Assembly (NCBI GenBank): GCA_045648105.1
Contig: JAZRNI010000207.1
Coordinates: 1-30,738 of the forward strand
DNA length: 30,738 bases
Direction of reading: 5' to 3'
From: Eubacteriales bacterium
GTDB lineage: Bacteria; Bacillota; Clostridia; Oscillospirales; CAG-272
Made by a program: the position numbers and the translations under genes. This document shows positions 1 through 8,512 of the stretch, piece by piece; position 1 is the first letter of the stretch, and each line of letters opens with the position of its first letter. The notes under the pieces are model-generated. The model was not told the origin of the DNA, did not search any database, and saw nothing but the letters and a program-made list of their open reading frames with translations.

Positions 1-1373
1 GTCGATTTAACCTTGTAAAGCGACTTTTCTACGTTATCGTGAAGCGGGCCCGCATAGGTAACGTATGAGTCTACGCCCTCCTCGAACGACAGCTTAGCCT
101 TACCGCCAAGGTCGTATCTCTGCCAGTTTCTTGCTCTGTTAGAGCCCTCGCCCCAATATTCCTTTACGTACTGTCCGTTTACCATAATCTTGGGTGTGGG
201 ACCCTCGTCAAATCTTGCAAAGTATCTGCCAAGCATCATAAAGTCCGCGCCCATTGCAAGTGCGAGCGTCATATGATAGTCGTGAACGATACCGCCGTCA
301 GAGCAGATGGGAATATAGACGCCCGTCTTTTTGAAGTACTCGTCTCTTGCCTCGGCAACCTCGATAACTGCACTTGCCTGTCCTCTGCCTATACCCTTTT
401 GCTCACGGGTTATGCAGATAGAGCCGCCGCCTATACCGATTTTAACAAAGTCCGCGCCTGCCTCGGCAAGGAATAAAAATCCATCCCTGTCAACGACGTT
501 GCCTGCGCCAACCTTCACGCTATCTCCGTAGTTTTTGCGAATAAAATCGATAGTTTTCTTTTGCCAGATTGTATATCCCTCTGATGAGTCTATGCAAAGC
601 ACGTCCGCGCCTGCGTTTATAAGCGCGGGAACTCTCTTTTCGTAGTCGAGAGTGTTAATGCCGGCGCCAACGATATAGCTCTTATTTTTGTCAAGCAGCT
701 CCATGGGGTTTTCCTTGTGCTGCGAATAGTCCTTGCGGAATACGAAATATTTGAGATTACCCTTTTTATCAACGATGGGCAGGGAATTGAGCTTGTTGTC
801 CCAAATTATATCGTTTGCCTTTTTGAGTGTCGTTCCCTCGGGTGCTGTAATGAGCTTGTCAAGAGGAGTCATAAACGACGAAACCTTCTCCGTCGGGCTC
901 ATACGGCTTACGCGGTAGTCTCTGCCCGTAACTATACCGAGCAGCTTGCCGTTTGCCGTGCCGTCCTCGGTAACTGCCATAGTGGAGTGACCCTTTTCCT
1001 CTGCGAGTCTTAATACGTCCTCAAGCGTCTGGTCGGGTGTAAGGTTGGAGTCGCTTACGACGAATCCTGCCTTGTAGCTCTTAACGCGCGCAACCATAGC
1101 CGCCTCATCCTCTATGCTTTGTGAGCCGTAAATGAATGAAATGCCGCCTTCCTTGGCAAGCGCAATAGCCATCTTGTCGTCGGATACGGACTGCATAATC
1201 GCGCTCGTCATAGGAATATTCATCATAATAGGACATTCCTCTTGTCCCTTTCTGTACTTAACCAGAGGGGTGCGGAGCGAAACGTTTGCGGGTATGCATC
1301 TTTCATCCGTATATCCGGGGATGAGCAGATACTCGCTGAAGGTGTGTGACGGTTCATTAAAATAAGTTGCCAT
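1..1373 (-). CDS. guaB: IMP dehydrogenase (clostridial type with CBS pair), 3' end beyond window edge
   Basis: Manual translation from ATG at 1373 (SD GAGGAT): [27 protein letters not shown], catalytic loop [20 protein letters not shown]. Absent from the ORF track because there is no stop in the window. Confidence 0.95.
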   Translation of the reverse strand, partial: MATYFNEPSHTFSEYLLIPGYTDERCIPANVSLRTPLVKYRKGQEECPIMMNIPMTSAIMQSVSDDKMAIALAKEGGISFIYGSQSIEDEAAMVARVKSYKAGFVVSDSNLTPDQTLEDVLRLAEEKGHSTMAVTEDGTANGKLLGIVTGRDYRVSRMSPTEKVSSFMTPLDKLITAPEGTTLKKANDIIWDNKLNSLPIVDKKGNLKYFVFRKDYSQHKENPMELLDKNKSYIVGAGINTLDYEKRVPALINAGADVLCIDSSEGYTIWQKKTIDFIRKNYGDSVKVGAGNVVDRDGFLFLAEAGADFVKIGIGGGSICITREQKGIGRGQASAVIEVAEARDEYFKKTGVYIPICSDGGIVHDYHMTLALAMGADFMMLGRYFARFDEGPTPKIMVNGQYVKEYWGEGSNRARNWQRYDLGGKAKLSFEEGVDSYVTYAGPLHDNVEKSLYKVKS

Positions 1374-1406
1374 TTTGCTTATCCTCACTTAATTTTATTA
1401 TTTTCA

Positions 1407-2000
1407 TCAATTTTCGGGCTCTGTGTAATCCTCAAGTACCTTGATATACTCGATTTTCGCCTGTAATTCCTTGTTTGATATAGTTCCGCTCTCGGGGTGA
1501 GCATAGAACATAGTTCCGACCGTAATAGCGTCAACCACGTCCATTCCCTCGATGACGTGTCCGAACGCCGCGTAATTTCCGTCAAGGAACGGTGAGTCGG
1601 CGTTACAGATGAAGAACTGACAGGACGCAGAGTCGTAGTCGTTGCCTCTCGCCATTGAGATTACGCCTCTCTTATGGCTTATGTTGTTCGTGTATCCGTT
1701 AGCCGCAAACTCGCCGACAATATCTCTGCCGGAGTCGCCCGAGCCGTTTGCCTTGGGGTCACCGCCCTGTATCATAAAGTTGTATATGACGCGGTGAAAG
1801 GTTAGTCCGTCGTAAAATCCGTCCTCTGCGAGACCTACGAAATTCTTTACTGTTCTCGGCGCTGTTTTTGCGTCGAGCTTTAAAATTATTTTGCCGTAAT
1901 TCTCTACTGACATCTCGACGTAATACACGTCCTGACCGCACGAGCAAAGCATAACGGCCGACAAAGCTAAAAGCAGCACGAGTGCTATAATTTTCTTCAT
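1407..2000 (-). CDS. Cyclophilin-type peptidyl-prolyl cis-trans isomerase, probable lipoprotein
   Basis: FHRVI, FMIQGGDP, SCQFFI, LDGNYAAFG cyclophilin motifs; signal peptide ending LCSC (lipobox-like). Confidence 0.92.
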   Translation of the reverse strand: MKKIIALVLLLALSAVMLCSCGQDVYYVEMSVENYGKIILKLDAKTAPRTVKNFVGLAEDGFYDGLTFHRVIYNFMIQGGDPKANGSGDSGRDIVGEFAANGYTNNISHKRGVISMARGNDYDSASCQFFICNADSPFLDGNYAAFGHVIEGMDVVDAITVGTMFYAHPESGTISNKELQAKIEYIKVLEDYTEPEN

Positions 2001-2013
2001 TTAAAAATCCTCT

Positions 2014-3039
2014 TTATACGTTCTGTGTGATAAAAATTTCAATAGCGGTATATCCCGACACACCGCCCGATTTTGACGCCTTGTCTATTCTCTGCAGCCT
2101 TTCAAGGCTTTCGGCAAGCCTTTTCGTGCCGACCTTCTTTGCGCTGGATATATAAAGCTTTGTCTTGTAGGGGTGCGATTTCAAAAGCGCCGATATAGTA
2201 TCGGCATCCTTGCCCTCGTCAATAAGCAGAGAGACGGATACGAGGTCGCAGTACGCCTTTTTCAGCATACCTATAACCACAGCCGCGTCGGTTCTTCGTG
2301 ATTTTAATTCGTCAAGCGCAACAAACGCGCCCTTGGCATTTTTGTTTATAACAGCATCGCTCAGAGCAAACGCGCTCGTCTCCGGGTTGGAGCAGCACAC
2401 CTCGTCCACGTCACGGACCTCGAGGCCCGTCCGTCCGTTTTGCTTAAGATAAGCGCAAAGCTTCTTAATCTCATTGCTGAGCATCTGCATTGAATGACCA
2501 ACCTTAAATAACAATGCGTTAACGCAGGGCATATCAACCGTTATTCCCTCAGCGTCGAAGTGCCTTTTTATCCATGAGGCAAGCTGACTGTCGCTTGATT
2601 TATCAAGAGTAATGATGTTGAAATACTGCGAAAGGGTTTTATAAAGCTTAGTAGGCTTTGATTTTCCGCTTTCAAATCCGTCCGCGCTTGCCATAATCAC
2701 GAATACCGAATAAGGAAAGCTGTCCTTTTCCTCTGCCAAATCGCATAAGAACTTCAGCTCTGCGGGCTTGATGGCGTCAAGATTTGCGTACTTCCACTCA
2801 ACAAGCTTGCACTCGCTCATCATAGGCGGCGCGTAAAGAGCCTCGCGTAAAGCGGCAAAATCCATATTCCCACCGTCAAAGGCTGTATGATTGAATACGT
2901 CAAGCCCCTCGTCGGTAAGTAATGCGTTCTTTATTTCCTTAAGATAGTGCTTTTTGAGATAGTCCTCTTCGCCGGCAAGTATATAAAACCCCGACAAATT
3001 CTGCGACTTAATTAAGCCTTGAAGCTCTTTAACATCCAT
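2014..3039 (-). CDS. holA: DNA polymerase III delta subunit
   Basis: 341 aa; YILAGEEDYLKK N-terminus, PMMSECKLV, EIKKL, FALSDAV, ERLQRIDKASKSG pattern typical of Firmicute HolA. Confidence 0.88.
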   Translation of the reverse strand: MDVKELQGLIKSQNLSGFYILAGEEDYLKKHYLKEIKNALLTDEGLDVFNHTAFDGGNMDFAALREALYAPPMMSECKLVEWKYANLDAIKPAELKFLCDLAEEKDSFPYSVFVIMASADGFESGKSKPTKLYKTLSQYFNIITLDKSSDSQLASWIKRHFDAEGITVDMPCVNALLFKVGHSMQMLSNEIKKLCAYLKQNGRTGLEVRDVDEVCCSNPETSAFALSDAVINKNAKGAFVALDELKSRRTDAAVVIGMLKKAYCDLVSVSLLIDEGKDADTISALLKSHPYKTKLYISSAKKVGTKRLAESLERLQRIDKASKSGGVSGYTAIEIFITQNV

Positions 3040-3482
3040 TAGGTATCATATACCTCAATTCTCATTTTTACAGCGCGCGACTCGCCGCCAAGCAGCATAT
3101 TGTAAAATACGGTCAAGGTACCGCCGTCGGCACTGATTTCGTTCCTTATCCTTTTGGTGGTAATCTCTGCGTCAAAGGTGTAGGGCGGGACCTTGTAGAG
3201 TGAGCGATGCGTTTTACCCTCTCTGAAAACAAATTCGCTTTCCAAAGCGCCGCGGCGCCGAACCCTTAGCTCCTCCCCCTCGATTTCAATATCAGTATTA
3301 ACTCTCGCGCCCTCGTTTTCCTCAAGATAGGAAAGAGTGATTTTTCCGTCCTCAACGCACATAAAGGCGCGTGTCGATACGGAAGCCTTCTCGCTCTCGC
3401 CGTCCTCGCGGCGCAGTCCGCTCTCATCAAGCGGAGTAATAGAGGAGCTTACCTTAATATCAAGCTCTTTAAACGTCTTCAT
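3039..3482 (-). CDS. DUF1934-family beta-rich protein
   Basis: 147 aa; LSYLE, VRRRGALESEFVF.EG...SLYKVPPYTFD..I.T pattern resembles DUF1934; TAATG overlap with holA. Confidence 0.7.
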   Translation of the reverse strand: MKTFKELDIKVSSSITPLDESGLRREDGESEKASVSTRAFMCVEDGKITLSYLEENEGARVNTDIEIEGEELRVRRRGALESEFVFREGKTHRSLYKVPPYTFDAEITTKRIRNEISADGGTLTVFYNMLLGGESRAVKMRIEVYDT

Positions 3483-3492
3483 TTAAATATCC

Positions 3493-3535
3493 AAAAATGA
3501 CAAAAACGGCAGTGATAGTATACCATTTTTGTCAT
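3493..3535 (-). terminator. Intrinsic terminator after the MgsA-like gene
   Basis: ATGACAAAAATGG ... CCGTTTTTGTCAT 13-bp stem (one G-U) then UUUU on the minus strand; loop overlaps a TGGTATACT extended -10-like box. Confidence 0.6.
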
Positions 3536-3972
3536 CAATCCTTAAAATCTGCGATTTTTCTGTTATACTCGCTGCGAGGGTTTGCAAAAGAGCGCCAATC
3601 GAGCAGTCCCTGGTTAATAGCGTTAACGAGAACCTCTGCCGACGCAAGATTGGTGGCAAGAGGAATATTATGAACGTCACAAAGACGCAAAAGATTAGCC
3701 TCTCCGTCAGATACCTCTTTTGCGGGGTTGGTGCTTCTGAAATAGAAAACCGCGTCAATTTCGTTATATGAAATTCTTGCAGCAATCTGCTCTGTTCCAC
3801 CCTGTCTTCCCGTAAGAAATTGCTCAATATCAAGACCTGTGACGTCGGAGATATATTTGCCCGTCGTGTGTGTAGCGCAAATATCGTGACGGCTGAGTAT
3901 TCCGCAATAAGCGATGCAGAATTGCGTCATAAGCTCTTTTTTGTTGTCATCTGCTATAATTGCAATATACAT
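3535..3972 (-). CDS. Methylglyoxal synthase-fold protein, catalytically degenerate
   Basis: IAIIADDNKKELM, ATHTTG, GG..QIAARI, LLRLCDVHNIPLATN match the MgsA family; SD AGGAG. Catalytic residues substituted (see findings). Confidence 0.85.
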   Translation of the reverse strand: MYIAIIADDNKKELMTQFCIAYCGILSRHDICATHTTGKYISDVTGLDIEQFLTGRQGGTEQIAARISYNEIDAVFYFRSTNPAKEVSDGEANLLRLCDVHNIPLATNLASAEVLVNAINQGLLDWRSFANPRSEYNRKIADFKD

Positions 3973-4018
3973 ACTTATTCTCCTATCTCACTTTTTATGT
4001 TTTAAATATATTTTCTAT

Positions 4019-4047
4019 ATTATATCACCTTGCACCGCGTTTGTCAA
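4019..4047 (-). promoter_or_regulatory. sigmaA promoter for the MgsA-like gene
   Basis: TTGACA-17-TATAAT with TG extension on the minus strand. Confidence 0.75.
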
Positions 4048-4151
4048 TGCCAAAAAATGAAGAATTTTTCAATAAAATTCCGCTCGTTCAAGCAGATTTT
4101 ATAAAAAACGAACAAAAATGCGGAATATATAATATTTATTGAGGAAAGTTA

Positions 4152-4180
4152 TTGTAAATTGCGAAAAAATGTTTTATAAT
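4152..4180 (+). promoter_or_regulatory. sigmaA promoter for pfkA
   Basis: TTGTAA-17-TATAAT. Confidence 0.6.
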
Positions 4181-4215
4181 AGATTTAATAATAAAGAGAA
4201 TTGTAAAAGGAATGT

Positions 4216-5283
4216 GTGATGAAGAAATTTAGAAGGATAGGCGTACTGACGTCCGGCGGCGATGCACCCGGCATGAATGCGGTTGTAAGAGCCGTTGCGA
4301 GAACCGCGATGATAAACGGAGTCGAGGTTATGGGTATCTTCAGAGGATATTCGGGACTTATCGGCGGAGATATGAAGCTGCTGTCGCTTCGCGACGTTTC
4401 CAATATAGTCAATAAGGGCGGAACGTTTCTGTATTCCGACCGCTGTCCGGAGTTCGTTACTCCCGAGGGTCAGGCAAAGGGCGTCGAGGCTTGCCGTAGG
4501 ATGGGTATTGACGGCATTGTGGCGCTGGGCGGAGACGGCACCTTCAGGGGCGCGAGCGCCCTGGCTCGGCTTGGAATACCGAGCGTAGGCATACCCTGTA
4601 CGATAGATAACGACATAACGTCCACCGATTTCACAATCGGCTTTGATACGGCAATGAATACGACTCTTGAGCTTGTCGATAAGCTGCGCGACACCTGCGA
4701 GTCTCATTCAAGATGCAACGTCATTGAAGTAATGGGTCGCGGAACCGGAGATATAGCGTTAAATACCGGTCTTGCCTCGGGTGCTACGGCGGTAGCAGTA
4801 TCGGAGTTTCCCTTTGACGAATCAGCGCTGCTTAAAAAAATAGAACATTCGAGAAAAATGGGCAAGCGCAATTTCATCGTTATCGTATCCGAGGCTCTCG
4901 GCAGCGATTACGGCCCTTACTTAACCTCAAAAATAGAAAGCGAAACGGGTGTAGAAACGAGATTTTCCCGTCCCGCGCACATAGTCAGAGGCGGCAACCC
5001 CAACCTCAGAGACAGAGTGCTCGCATCGAGCATGGGCGTTTATGCCGTTGAACAGCTGCTTGCAGGCAACTCCGATATCGTTATCTGCTCTCAGAAAGAA
5101 ACAATCTGCGCGGTGGATATAAACTACGCTCTTATGCTCGACAGATATTATAAGGGCAAGGCAAGCGAAGAGGAGCTCTCGTCATTTGCGCCCGAGCAGA
5201 TTCGGAAAATGAAGGAGTATTCGGAAGAAAGACTTGCACAAAGAACCAGACTTTACGATATCATAAATGAAATCAATCTATAA
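4216..5283 (+). CDS. pfkA: ATP-dependent 6-phosphofructokinase
   Basis: TSGGDAPGMN, GGDGTFRG (Gly at the ATP-type position), TIDNDI, IGFDTA, EVMGR, HIVRGG, DR. Confidence 0.95.
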   Translation: MMKKFRRIGVLTSGGDAPGMNAVVRAVARTAMINGVEVMGIFRGYSGLIGGDMKLLSLRDVSNIVNKGGTFLYSDRCPEFVTPEGQAKGVEACRRMGIDGIVALGGDGTFRGASALARLGIPSVGIPCTIDNDITSTDFTIGFDTAMNTTLELVDKLRDTCESHSRCNVIEVMGRGTGDIALNTGLASGATAVAVSEFPFDESALLKKIEHSRKMGKRNFIVIVSEALGSDYGPYLTSKIESETGVETRFSRPAHIVRGGNPNLRDRVLASSMGVYAVEQLLAGNSDIVICSQKETICAVDINYALMLDRYYKGKASEEELSSFAPEQIRKMKEYSEERLAQRTRLYDIINEINL

Positions 5284-5329
5284 AAAAGACCGATAATCTC
5301 ACACGGAGTGGGGGTTATCGGTCCTTTTT
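5283..5329. terminator. Bidirectional terminator between convergent pfkA and surE
   Basis: GACCGATAATCTC ... GGGGTTATCGGTC stem flanked by AAAAA and TTTTT. Confidence 0.75.
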
Positions 5330-5340
5330 CGTCCTATTAG

Positions 5341-6060
5341 CTATTTTTTAAGCTCGCTTAGAATCTCTAGATTGGTTCTGCTTTTGGAGAGTGGAGTAAT
5401 GGAAATATATCCGCACTTGAACGCGTCTATATCCTCATCAAGATTTTTGCCGCCGCCGTATACGCAATATCCGTCCTGACGGTACATACTGTCCTTGCCT
5501 GTGGGCACAAACTCATCGCTGTAATAAATTCCGCCTTGAGTCGTGTAACGGATTCCAACGGATTTATCCGAGGGGATATTTACGTTATAAATAGGATTTT
5601 TTGTAAGAAGACTGCGGCGTACAAATTCAAGATAAACTCTTTCAAGAGATGCCCTTGCGTTTTCAAAGGAATCAAAGTCAGTAGAAAGAGCAATACCGCA
5701 AATGCCGAGCCTTGCCGCCTCAAAAACCGCTCCGAGAGTTGCGCTGTATACAAGGTCCATACCGAGATTCGGGCCCCTGTTAATTCCCGACAAAACAAGG
5801 TCAAAGCTCTCCTTAAGCCCGAGCACCGCATATCTTACGCAGTCTGCGGGTGTGGAGTCTACCGAATACGCGCGCACACCGTCAAAAATGTCAAGCTCGC
5901 ATATCTCAAACTCATTGCGTATTTCAATCGCGTGGCTTTTCGCGCTCTGCTCGTATTTCGGCGCGCAAACGACAACCTCTCCCTTGGTTTTGGCAAATTC
6001 AACAAGGTGGCGTATTCCCTCCGCGCGTATTCCGTCGTCATTTGTTATAAGTATCCTCAT
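5341..6060 (-). CDS. surE: 5'/3'-nucleotidase SurE
   Basis: ILITNDDGI, EQSAKSHAI, STPADCV, VLSGINRGPNLG, YSATLGA, ISITPL. Confidence 0.95.
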   Translation of the reverse strand: MRILITNDDGIRAEGIRHLVEFAKTKGEVVVCAPKYEQSAKSHAIEIRNEFEICELDIFDGVRAYSVDSTPADCVRYAVLGLKESFDLVLSGINRGPNLGMDLVYSATLGAVFEAARLGICGIALSTDFDSFENARASLERVYLEFVRRSLLTKNPIYNVNIPSDKSVGIRYTTQGGIYYSDEFVPTGKDSMYRQDGYCVYGGGKNLDEDIDAFKCGYISITPLSKSRTNLEILSELKK

Positions 6061-7037
6061 AGCCAGTCCGTATGCGTCTCCTTGTAATTTTTGATAAGAG
6101 CCTCGGCATCGGCAAGCAGTGAGTCAAATTCCTCCTTGGAATAAACCGTCGCTCCGCTCGCGCAGTCGTGACCGCCACCGTGATATTTTTCAGCAAGCTC
6201 GTTTATCGTAACGAATCTGGAGCGTAGCCTTACTCTTATGCTTCCGTCATCGTTATCGATGAACGCAAGCCAGATAATGCTTCCTCTGATTGAGTCGAGA
6301 CAGGATACAACTGCCGACGCCTGCTCCTGCGAGAGATTGAAAAGCTCCTGCATCCTTTTGTCAACGTAAATATAAGCAACGCCGTTTTCGGTAATGCTCA
6401 TATTTTCGTATATATAAGCCTTGAATTTCAGATAGGAGTAGTCGTCAAGGTAAAGCTCGGCGTAGAGCCTGTCCGTATCAACGCCCATCTCGAGCATCTT
6501 GCCCGCAAGGCGAAGCGTCTCACCGCTAACCGAACGGAAGCGGAACCTTCCCGAGTCGGTCACCATGCCCGTATAGATGTAGGTTGCCGCCTCCTTGTCA
6601 ATTTTAAGCTCGTCTGCAAACGCATCGTAGAACTGCGCTATCATCTCACAGGCTGACGATTTTTCCTCAATTACCCAGCGATAGTCTCCGTAGGGCTTTG
6701 TCTGTATATGGTGGTCAATTACCGCAATTTCACGGCAGAGTGAGTATTTCTGATTTGAAATTCTTTTCGTGTCGCCCGTATCAATAACAATGCCGAGCGC
6801 GTCAGCATATAGCTCATCGGCGATTTTTTCATCCTCCGTTCCAAGAAAGGCAAGATAATCGGAATAATCGTCGTTTTGAATATAAATTTCCTTTTCGGGA
6901 AAGGTAAGAGTCAAAATTCTCGCAAGTCCCTTGGTTGAGCCTATAGCGTCTCCGTCGGGTCTTATGTGTCTGAATATAATAATGCGTCGGTACTGTTTGA
7001 TTTTATCAAATATAATTTGCATTTCCTGTGTTTTCAT
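6057..7037 (-). CDS. nrnA: DHH/DHHA1 phosphoesterase (NrnA-like oligoribonuclease/pAp phosphatase), copy 1
   Basis: HIRPDGDAIGS, IDT, IDHH, TDSGRF, IRVRLRSR, GGGH..ASG; ATGA overlap with surE. Confidence 0.85.
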   Translation of the reverse strand: MKTQEMQIIFDKIKQYRRIIIFRHIRPDGDAIGSTKGLARILTLTFPEKEIYIQNDDYSDYLAFLGTEDEKIADELYADALGIVIDTGDTKRISNQKYSLCREIAVIDHHIQTKPYGDYRWVIEEKSSACEMIAQFYDAFADELKIDKEAATYIYTGMVTDSGRFRFRSVSGETLRLAGKMLEMGVDTDRLYAELYLDDYSYLKFKAYIYENMSITENGVAYIYVDKRMQELFNLSQEQASAVVSCLDSIRGSIIWLAFIDNDDGSIRVRLRSRFVTINELAEKYHGGGHDCASGATVYSKEEFDSLLADAEALIKNYKETHTDWL

Positions 7038-7040
7038 AGC

Positions 7041-7976
7041 TTACTCCTCTATTAAAGCGTTTAAATCACCAAGCAGGCTCATCGCCTCGTCCTTGTCCTT
7101 GAGAGTCGCGCCGCTTGCCTTGGCGTGTCCCCCGCCGCCGTATTTTTTCGCTACGGGATTGATGTTGTATTTGCTTGAGCGAATCTCGCAAATGACTCCG
7201 CTCTCACTCTCAGTAAAGTTAGCCCAGATGTCAACACCGCGTATGTCGCTCATAACTCCTACCATACCGCGCGATATCGTGAACAGGTCGCTGTTATAGG
7301 TCTGTAGCTCCTCTGAGGGCGTGTATATGTACGCAACGTTCTTTTCTGTGAACTGTACCTTAAGAGTGAATTTCGCTCTGAGCTTCATTTTCTCAAAATC
7401 GTCCGCGTAAAGATTTTTATAAATCTCGTTGGTGTCTATTTTGTGCTTCATAAGCTCGCTTGCGATACGGAAGGTGTTGGAGCTCGTCGAGTCGTAGCGG
7501 AACCTGCCGGAGTCGGTCACAAGACCCGTAAATAACGCACGGGCTGCCGCTTCGTTGATTTTCAAGCCACATTCAAGCGCAAATTCCGTGATAAGTCCGC
7601 AGCAGCTCTCGTATGAGCTGTCACTTACCTCGTAGTCGCAAATGCTCTCGCAAAAGATGTGATGGTCAATTCTTGCGCTTTCCTTTGCCGTCTTGTATCT
7701 CTCGTCGCTGATAAGCGCTCCGGCGGAGGTGTCAAGCACGATAGCGAGTGCGTCCTTGTATTTTTCGTCATCTATTTCGTCAATGGGAGCGTCGAGCATA
7801 AACGAATATCTGCCCGCCCCATCGCCTACGGCATAGACCTCTTTTTCGGGGAAATTCTCTTTTATCAGGTTCTTCAGCCCTATCTGACTGCCGATGGCGT
7901 CTCCGTCGGGATTTGAATGGCGGTGTATTATTACCGTGCCGTATTCCTTGATTTTTTCTATTATCTTTTCAAACAT
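7041..7976 (-). CDS. DHH/DHHA1 phosphoesterase, copy 2
   Basis: HSNPDGDAIGS, LDT, IDHH, TDSGRF, GGGGHAKASG. Confidence 0.85.
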   Translation of the reverse strand: MFEKIIEKIKEYGTVIIHRHSNPDGDAIGSQIGLKNLIKENFPEKEVYAVGDGAGRYSFMLDAPIDEIDDEKYKDALAIVLDTSAGALISDERYKTAKESARIDHHIFCESICDYEVSDSSYESCCGLITEFALECGLKINEAAARALFTGLVTDSGRFRYDSTSSNTFRIASELMKHKIDTNEIYKNLYADDFEKMKLRAKFTLKVQFTEKNVAYIYTPSEELQTYNSDLFTISRGMVGVMSDIRGVDIWANFTESESGVICEIRSSKYNINPVAKKYGGGGHAKASGATLKDKDEAMSLLGDLNALIEE

Positions 7977-8007
7977 TTTCTCTCATCCTTTTTTAACTCA
8001 TTAAAAT

Positions 8008-8036
8008 AGTATAACATAAAACGGGAGATTTTTCAA
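8008..8036 (-). promoter_or_regulatory. sigmaA promoter for the DHH-DHH-surE operon
   Basis: TTGAAA-17-TATACT with TG extension on the minus strand. Confidence 0.65.
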
Positions 8037-8044
8037 GATTTCTA

Positions 8045-8073
8045 TTGACTTTTTTATAAACTTATAGTATCAT
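8045..8073 (+). promoter_or_regulatory. sigmaA promoter for the Fur-family/permease operon
   Basis: TTGACT-17-TATCAT. Confidence 0.65.
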
Positions 8074-8084
8074 AAGGTAATTTA

Positions 8085-8107
8085 AAAATGAGAATTATTC
8101 TCAATTT
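8085..8107. promoter_or_regulatory. Fur-box-like 7-1-7 operator
   Basis: Perfect TGAGAAT-T-ATTCTCA at 8089-8103 with AAA/TTT flanks, lying between the -10 and the SD of a Fur-family gene. Confidence 0.7.
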
Positions 8108-8116
8108 GGAGTGAAA

Positions 8117-8509
8117 ATGTCGTATAATACGGAAAAAAGAAATTTACTTATAGAATTCTTAAAAGAAAATTCTCAGCACTCATATACCGTAAACGAGCTT
8201 TGCGAGCGTATTTTGCCGGACGGCAGAGCCAAAAGCACTCTTTACAGGCTTGTCTCTAAGCTTTGCGAGGAAGGATATTTAAAGAAGCTTTTTAGCGCGG
8301 ACAACCGCCGTACAAGCTATCAGTATATGGACAGAGTGCTTTGCCACGAGCATCTTCACCTTAAGTGCAAGGACTGCGGTAAGCTGATTCATCTTGACAA
8401 AAAAATATCCCTTTGCTTTGAATACGAGCTGTTAAGCAAGCAAGGCTTTGAGCTTGACGGCGGAGAGATGATTTACGGCAGATGCAACAGCTGCAGAGGG
8501 GGTGCATAA
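8117..8509 (+). CDS. Fur-family metal-responsive transcriptional repressor (Zur/Fur/PerR class)
   Basis: STLYRLVSKL helix, CHEHLHLKCKDCG and YGRCNSC CxxC sites; ATG 8117 follows GGAG (ORF track uses GTG 8111). Confidence 0.88.
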   Translation: MSYNTEKRNLLIEFLKENSQHSYTVNELCERILPDGRAKSTLYRLVSKLCEEGYLKKLFSADNRRTSYQYMDRVLCHEHLHLKCKDCGKLIHLDKKISLCFEYELLSKQGFELDGGEMIYGRCNSCRGGA

Positions 8510-8512
8510 TTT

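Noticed and set aside
273-1365. Several short + strand ORFs
   Set aside because: All are antisense to the open guaB frame.
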